Shown here piece after piece: positions 58,256 through 64,000 of a DNA stretch of 64,000 nt. Under the pieces are notes generated by a model. It did not search any database. It had not been told where the DNA came from and saw nothing but the letters and a program-made list of their open reading frames with translations. The position numbers and the translations under genes are program-made. Origin of the DNA: an uncultured Candidatus Binatia bacterium (GTDB lineage: Bacteria > Desulfobacterota > Binatia > UBA9968 > JAJDTQ01); assembly GCA_964291295.2 (NCBI GenBank), contig OZ219754.1, positions 3,104,001 through 3,168,000 of the forward strand, in the 5' to 3' direction. How positions within the stretch are numbered: position 1 is the stretch's first letter; each line of letters begins with the position of its first letter.

Positions 58256-59883
58256 TCAACCCGGCTTCACCCGGCGCCGGGCCAGCTTGGCGCCGGTCTG
58301 GAGGTAGTCGCCCTTCACCGCGAGCCGGGCCTCTTCCGCCCACTCCTCGTCCCACTGCCCCAGCGAATGACCGTACCACGGCGCCTGGGGCTCCAGGGGC
58401 GGCAGCTCCAGCCGGTTCCACAGTTCCCGGGCGTGCTCCATGAACTCGCGCCCGGGCAGCGAGATGGGCGGAAACGGCTCCTTCAGGATGGCGTTGATGA
58501 GCATGCCGGAATCGGTGGCCGGCTGGTGGAACAACTCCCTGGCCGTGACCAGGTGGCCCTCGTCCTCGAACGGCGGGGCATGGCCCTTGACCCGTCCCGG
58601 CTGGATGAGCACATCCTGGTGGGGCCTGGAGCGGTAGCAGATGGCCCACCAGACGGCGTCCAGATTGTGGGGATCGATGTCGTCGTCCACCGCGATGGCG
58701 ATCTTGCCGACGCCGTGCTGATAGTTGGCGATGCTGTGGAGGGCACGCCAGACCTCGCCTTCCGCGGGCTTGCGCATCTGCACGATGACGAGCTTGCGCA
58801 GGTTGGTGAGGGGCTCGTGCATGGCCACCCGGGTGACGCTGCCGATGCCCACGGTGTCCCGCAGGTAGCGCCGGAGCAGCGGCTCGTAACCCACCTTCTT
58901 GATGACGCTGGACTCGCTGGGAGTCACCTGGCTGATGAACGAACACAGCACGGGCCTGCGCTTCATGGTGAGGGCGGTCACCTCCATGAACGGGGACACC
59001 GTGCGCGGATGCAGGTAGCCGTGGGACTCGCCGAAAGGACCCTCGGGCTCCAGCAGGTCCGTGCGGATGAGGCCCTCGGTGACGATCTCGGCGTCGGCCG
59101 GCACCTCGAGGTCCACGGTCCGGCAGCGGACCAGCCGGATCGGCTCTCCGGCCAGGCCGCCGGCGATGGCCATCTCGTCCACCCCCGGCGGCACCTTCTG
59201 CACGGTGCCGCAGGAGACCACCGGCGGTGCCCCCACCACCAGTGCGGCCGGCAGCGGCACGCCGCGCTCGCGGCACTTGTCCCAGTGCGGGAAGATGTGC
59301 TGGTGCGCGCCGGCGTACATGCCCATCCGTCTCTGACTCTTGATCTGTCCGCGGTAGTTGCCCTGGTTGCGGACGCCGGTGTCGGGATCCCGGGTGAACC
59401 AATGCGAGCAGGTGGTGTAGGGCGCGTTGTCGAAACCCGGCGTGGAGATGGGCACCGGTAGCTGGAGCAGGCCGCCGCCCTCCGCATCCAGGTCCGCTCC
59501 CTGCAGCACCACCTCATGGACCGGCCCCGAATCCACGACATGGACCGGCCCCGAATCCACGATGGCGGGTCGACGGGATGCGCCAGCGCCTGCGCCCACA
59601 GCTCGGGGATCTCCGCCACCGGCCGCCCCAGCCCGACCGCGTAGACCTGGGGCGAAGCCGCCAGCGCCGCCACCGCCACCGGCATGTCGTAGAGGCGCCC
59701 GTGGCTGTCCACCACGTTCTCGAACAGGAAGGCCTTGCGCTCCGCCTCGGGGATACCGCCGCGGAACTGCCAGCGCACCAGCGGGTGCATCTCCGTGTCC
59801 TTGTTGATGGGGTGGCGGATGCGCAGCAGGAGCCCTGCGGACTCCAGGTTCTCCAGGTGCGCTTGAAGGTCCGGACAGGCCAT
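58256..59883 (-). pseudogene. Second UbiD family decarboxylase, frameshifted at about 59568 next to a 24-nt duplication
   Basis: N-terminus MACPDLQAHL..AFLFENV..HPVDP is in one frame; the rest (GNYR, AEIVTEG, EGPFGESHGY, AVDDDID) is in another. One base is missing. Confidence 0.85.
59515..59562. repeat. Exact 24-nt in-frame tandem duplication (CATGGACCGGCCCCGAATCCACGA x2)
   Basis: Copies at 59515-59538 and 59539-59562; encodes VDSGPVH twice. Confidence 0.95.
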
Positions 59884-59905
59884 GTTCGGCTCGCACGATC
59901 GATGG

Positions 59906-60925
59906 CTACCCGACGTTGCCGCCCGGACGCCGCTCCTCGCGGTAGAGCTCCAGCGATCGTAGCACCGGCCGGTCATCCATGGAGAAGAGCACGGCCTCCT
60001 GGTCGAAAGGGTTCTCGTGGCGGTGCCACTGCCAGTTGGGGATCACGAACGAGTCGCCCTTCTCCCACTCAAGCCACCCCTCGCCCACCGCGGTCCGCCC
60101 GCGGCCCCGGAACACGTGGTACAGCGAGGTGCTGGTATGGCGGTGGGTGCCGGTGACCCAGCCCGGCTTCAGCAGCTGCGCCCCGCACGACAGGGTCGCC
60201 AGGGTGTCGCCGCCGGTCACCGGGTTGATGTAGGCGACCCGGTGACCATCGAAGGGGTCGGCTTCGGCATCGGCGATATTATGGAGCGAGGCGTCGGTGT
60301 CCTCCCACGGGTAGCGGAACGGCAGCCCCCGGCCGGCGGTCTCCGCGCGGGCCGGCGGGCGGGCGAAACCGAAGCGCCTCTGCGCATCGCCGTCGGCGCG
60401 AGTCACCCCCTGGGTCTCCTTGTCGTGGTCTTCGAAGAACAGCAGGTTCAACGCGTTGATGAGCGGGCCATCAAGGCCGTCGAGCCACACGATGGGCTCG
60501 CCGGACTCGTTGTGATGCTCGTGCCAGGTCCAGTTGGGGGTGAGGATCAGGTCGCCCTCCTGCATGGGAAAGCGCTCCCCTTCCACCAGCGTGAAAGCGC
60601 CGCCGCCCTTCACGACGAAGCGGATGGCCGCCATGTTGTGACGATGGGGTCGCGCCACCTCGCCCGGGTTCACCACCGAGAAGGTGAACAGCAGCGTCCG
60701 GGAGGTGGCTCGGGCCGGGTTCTGCGGATTCACCAGCCGGATCGCCCGGCGCTCCGCCAACTCCAGCCCCACGGACTCCCTGGCGTCCATGAGGCACGGA
60801 TAGACCTCCCGCCATTTCCACAGGTGCGGCGCCTCGTCCTGGTGCGCGGGGGTGCGCGTGTTCCAGAAGCCCGAAAGGTCGTGCTCGGCCAGTGAGTCGT
60901 TGAGGTCCTTGAGGTCCATCCTCAT
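59906..60925 (-). CDS. Gentisate 1,2-dioxygenase-like bicupin ring-cleavage dioxygenase
   Basis: AERRAIRLVNP, PGEVARPHRH, LILTPNWTWHEH, WLDGLD, YINPVTG and HRHT. Confidence 0.88.
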   Translation of the reverse strand: MRMDLKDLNDSLAEHDLSGFWNTRTPAHQDEAPHLWKWREVYPCLMDARESVGLELAERRAIRLVNPQNPARATSRTLLFTFSVVNPGEVARPHRHNMAAIRFVVKGGGAFTLVEGERFPMQEGDLILTPNWTWHEHHNESGEPIVWLDGLDGPLINALNLLFFEDHDKETQGVTRADGDAQRRFGFARPPARAETAGRGLPFRYPWEDTDASLHNIADAEADPFDGHRVAYINPVTGGDTLATLSCGAQLLKPGWVTGTHRHTSTSLYHVFRGRGRTAVGEGWLEWEKGDSFVIPNWQWHRHENPFDQEAVLFSMDDRPVLRSLELYREERRPGGNVG

Positions 60926-60997
60926 GGGCGTTTCCCCGGAGTTCGGGCAGGGGCGGGCGCGAAACCGGCCCCGCCGGTGACGCCACGCGACCGCAGC

Positions 60998-61705
60998 TCA
61001 GGACAGCCGCGCCATGGCCGCGGCCATGCCGCCGAAATAGGCGCGGTGGAGCTCCATGGACTCCCGGGTGGTGCGGAGTACGCCATCCTCCCCGCCCTCG
61101 GGCACATGGCGCTCCAGGATGTCCAGGAACATCTCCGAGTGCTTCTCGTCCGCGGCCCGATGGGCGGTGAAATTGGGCATCTGCGCGTCGGTGAAGTTCA
61201 GATCCCGGCTCCAGCGTTCGTACAGCCGGCCGCAGTTGCCGCCGCCGAGATCCCCGAGCAGGCGGTCGTCGTTGGTCCACTCGGCTACGGTGGAGGCGGC
61301 CAGACCCTCCTGCCACGGCCGTGTACGGGCGATCCAGAACCAGCCGTAGACCGCCGCGCGGGTGGTGGGCAGCGGCTCGGCGTCCACCACCTCCTGCTCG
61401 CTCAATCCCACCTCGCGGGCCTGCCGGAAGATCAGGTCCAGGTGGCCGTGGTCCGAGTACTCGTCCTCCACCAGCTCCTCGTACTCGTGGGACATGATGC
61501 GCTGCTTCACCACGAACACGGTACAGTTGGCCGCCACCTGAGGCCAGTAGTCCCGCCGGCGGCGCACGTAGATCCCCAGTTGCGACAGATAGAGCCGCGC
61601 CCGCTCCAGCGTCACCCGGGTGTCGTAGAACTGTCCCAACTCCGGGGAGCGGAAGTAGTCCCTGACGATCTCGCCAAGCTCCCGGCGCCATTCCTTCGCA
61701 TTCAT
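60998..61705 (-). CDS. Heme-oxygenase-like dimetal oxidase (CADD/TenA/PqqC-like)
   Basis: HEYEE...HGH, VAEW and AHRAADEKH pattern of Glu/His/Asp ligands in a helical protein; ATGA overlap with the aldolase gene. Confidence 0.75.
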   Translation of the reverse strand: MNAKEWRRELGEIVRDYFRSPELGQFYDTRVTLERARLYLSQLGIYVRRRRDYWPQVAANCTVFVVKQRIMSHEYEELVEDEYSDHGHLDLIFRQAREVGLSEQEVVDAEPLPTTRAAVYGWFWIARTRPWQEGLAASTVAEWTNDDRLLGDLGGGNCGRLYERWSRDLNFTDAQMPNFTAHRAADEKHSEMFLDILERHVPEGGEDGVLRTTRESMELHRAYFGGMAAAMARLS

Positions 61706-62685
61706 GGCCGTCCTCCCGGCGTCTGCTGCCGCACGGACGGGACCCCCGTGCCGTCCCTCGACTTCGCCGCCCCATGCTCGGGACCGACGCCCGGGTCGCG
61801 CGCGGCGGCCAGCGCGTTTCGGAGCCGCGCGGCCTGTTCGCCGCTCAGGTCCCGGGTGGGCCAGCGCGGGAAGTCCACCACCGGGAGGTCCCGCAACTTG
61901 AGCGACTCGCGCAGCACCGAACGGCCCGCGGCCCGCTGCAGGTCGACGATGACCGCGGTGAATTCGATCACCCGCCGCTGCAACGCCGCCGACTCTTCCA
62001 GCCGGCCCGCGGTGACCGCCTCCCACAGATTCACCAGCAGCTCGGGAATAGCCACCGTCAACGGGTGAATCGATCCCGCCAGACCCCACAACGCCCCGGG
62101 CATGATCAGCGTGGCGGAACCGGAAAAGACCGAGCAGGTGGCCGGGAGAGCCCGGACGAAGGCGAGTTGCTGATCCAGGGGGATGAACGACATCTTGATG
62201 CCGCACGCCTCGGGCACCTCCTCGCACAACCGCCGGGTCCACGGCGCGGTCATGCGATAGCCGCTGTTCACCGCGTTGTTGTAGATGAACAGGGGGTATC
62301 GGATGGCCTCGTACACCTGGACGTAGTGCGCCAGCACCTCGTCGTCGAGATGGTCGAAGTAGTACGGCGGCACCACACCCACCACGTCGGCGCCCTGGTC
62401 CCTGGCGTCCCTGGCCAGGTCGATGGTGGTAGGGGTGTCCGCGGTGCCCGCATGGATGACCACCGGAATGCGCCCGGCCACACGTTCAAGAACGAGCCGC
62501 GCCGTGCGCTTGCGCTCGTCCGGCGTCAGCGCGGGACCCTGACCGAAGGTGCCGAGCACGAACAGACCGTGCACGCCCGCCTCCACATAGAAGTCCGTCA
62601 ACGCCCGTACCGCATTCTCGTCCACCGCGCCGGTGTCGGTGAAAGGCGTCGGCAGCGGGATATAGATTCCTTTCAGAGGTTCCAT
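61702..62685 (-). CDS. Dihydrodipicolinate synthase/NAL family aldolase (not DapA)
   Basis: PTPF, LGTFGQG, PPYY, FIYN and Schiff-base GIK. Confidence 0.87.
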   Translation of the reverse strand: MEPLKGIYIPLPTPFTDTGAVDENAVRALTDFYVEAGVHGLFVLGTFGQGPALTPDERKRTARLVLERVAGRIPVVIHAGTADTPTTIDLARDARDQGADVVGVVPPYYFDHLDDEVLAHYVQVYEAIRYPLFIYNNAVNSGYRMTAPWTRRLCEEVPEACGIKMSFIPLDQQLAFVRALPATCSVFSGSATLIMPGALWGLAGSIHPLTVAIPELLVNLWEAVTAGRLEESAALQRRVIEFTAVIVDLQRAAGRSVLRESLKLRDLPVVDFPRWPTRDLSGEQAARLRNALAAARDPGVGPEHGAAKSRDGTGVPSVRQQTPGGRP

Positions 62686-62689
62686 GACA

Positions 62690-62714
62690 TGACTCCCTGC
62701 GACGTGACTCCCTG
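62690..62714 (-). repeat. Duplicated RBS-containing segment (CAGGGAGTCA x2, period 15)
   Basis: TGACTCCCTG at 62690-62699 and 62705-62714; a third GACTCCC at 62726. Confidence 0.8.
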
Positions 62715-62733
62715 TCTCATGAGAGGACTCCCG

Positions 62734-63771
62734 TCACCGGCCTTCGACCACTGCCAGGACCCGGGCCTTGTCGTCCGCCGGCATTCCCAGAAACTCCCGC
62801 ACGTTGGACTGCAGCTCCGCGCCCGGTACGGGATCGATCTCGACGCGCCGCCTTTTGGCTTCGGCGAGAAATTCGGGGTCCGCCATGGTGGCGTCGAAGG
62901 CCCTGCGAAGCTCCGCCACGCGCTCTGCCGGCACATCCGGACCCACCAGGAAGGCGCGCGCAAACTGGTACGGCACCGTGGTGGTCAGACGAATCAGGCG
63001 CCGCTGCGCGTCCGTCCTGGCAAGCTGCGGCATGGCGGGGACGCCGCCAAGTTCCCGAATGGGTTTCGGACTCACCTGCATCAGTACCTTGTAGTCGCCA
63101 TTGCCGAGCTGTTCGCTGCTGGTGGACTTGAGGGAGGCCCAGCCGTTGAAGACACCGTCCAGTTCCCCGCTCTCCATGGCCAGCCGTATGCGGGAGGTGC
63201 CCGCGTACCCCGTCACGAGCCGGACCTTGCCGCCGAGCACGTCCCGCAACAGCAACGCCGCCACGTCCGTCGGGGATCCCGTACCGATGCCGCCCAGCGC
63301 GATCTCCCTGGCCTCGGGGCCAAGCAGATCCTCGACGCCGTTGAAGCCGGACTGGCGGGTCACCACCAGCACCGAAGACTGGACATGCGTGGCGCCGATG
63401 TATTGAAAGCGCCGCGCGTCGTATCTGGCCTGCGCAATGCCCGTCAACTGCTTGATCACGGAGGAGCCGCCGACATGCAGCACCTCCGTGCCATCCTGTT
63501 GCGACGCGTGGTAGACGTAGTTCGCGGACACGAGACCGCCGGCGCCCGGACGGTTCTCCACGATCATCCTGGGCGTGCCGGGAAGATGCTTGTGGAAGTA
63601 CCGCGCGACATGGCGCGCGTAGGTATCGTATCCGCCACCGGGCGAGTACGCGACGATGATGCGCACGGTCCTGCCCTGGTAGAACTCGGCGGCGGCCGCG
63701 CCGCTCCACGCTACGAGTGCGCCAACAAAGGCCGCAAGCACGCATGTCCGCACGAAACGCCTGTTTGTCAT
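62734..63771 (-). CDS. Tripartite tricarboxylate transporter substrate-binding protein (Bug/TctC-like)
   Basis: Signal peptide, IIVAYSPGGGYD, ENRPGAGG and LAMESGELDG. Confidence 0.9.
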   Translation of the reverse strand: MTNRRFVRTCVLAAFVGALVAWSGAAAAEFYQGRTVRIIVAYSPGGGYDTYARHVARYFHKHLPGTPRMIVENRPGAGGLVSANYVYHASQQDGTEVLHVGGSSVIKQLTGIAQARYDARRFQYIGATHVQSSVLVVTRQSGFNGVEDLLGPEAREIALGGIGTGSPTDVAALLLRDVLGGKVRLVTGYAGTSRIRLAMESGELDGVFNGWASLKSTSSEQLGNGDYKVLMQVSPKPIRELGGVPAMPQLARTDAQRRLIRLTTTVPYQFARAFLVGPDVPAERVAELRRAFDATMADPEFLAEAKRRRVEIDPVPGAELQSNVREFLGMPADDKARVLAVVEGR

Positions 63772-64000
63772 CACGTCCCCCCTGTGCTGAAGACCGCCGG
63801 CCGCGGGGCAAGGCGCATGGACCCGGTCACACGAAATCAACAAAGGGCTAATAGGCCAGGCGCTGGCGGGTGTCAACCGAGCGGACCAGGGTGATGGGCT
63901 GGTTCTTCCCCCCTGATCCACCGCGCGATGCCTCGACGGCGGCGGAAACCACCGGTACGGGAGACATGCGAGCCTCGAACGTACCCCGATCGAATCCGAC

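Noticed and set aside
3409-62714. CRISPR array or REP family from the short repeats
   Set aside because: The repeats are unrelated to each other, have only 2-3 copies and no spacers; no cas genes.

Overview
GC-rich bacterial chromosomal window with about 54 protein-coding genes, mostly metabolic and transport. The gene content (TctABC/Bug receptors, UbiD, CoxMSL-like, amidohydrolase and PuuE-like paralogs, moeA pair) resembles uncultured deltaproteobacteria such as Binatia; this is inference only. No CRISPR array, transposase, integrase or phage structural gene was seen. Highlights: (1) a hidden selenoprotein, a GrdB-family reductase read through an in-frame TGA at 4529-4531, with a SECIS-like hairpin and a non-canonical U-x-x-C-x-x-S motif; it is coupled to a GrdE-like partner that has Thr where the pyruvoyl-forming Cys is expected, no grdA/C/D is adjacent, and tRNA-Sec lies at 18135-18229; (2) an 8-gene minus-strand operon (Bug receptor, NAL-family aldolase, CADD/TenA-like dimetal oxidase, gentisate-type cupin dioxygenase, two UbiD, GST, stand-alone Nterm_to_SelD-like flavoprotein) that looks like an uncharacterised aromatic catabolic pathway; (3) a tonB-btuB unit with a separate cobalamin riboswitch in front of each gene; (4) an orphan AprA/AprB-like flavoprotein-ferredoxin pair; (5) three frameshifted genes (Fic, macB, one ubiD) and many short tandem duplications of 11-24 nt. 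All product calls come from motif recognition by eye, without database searches.
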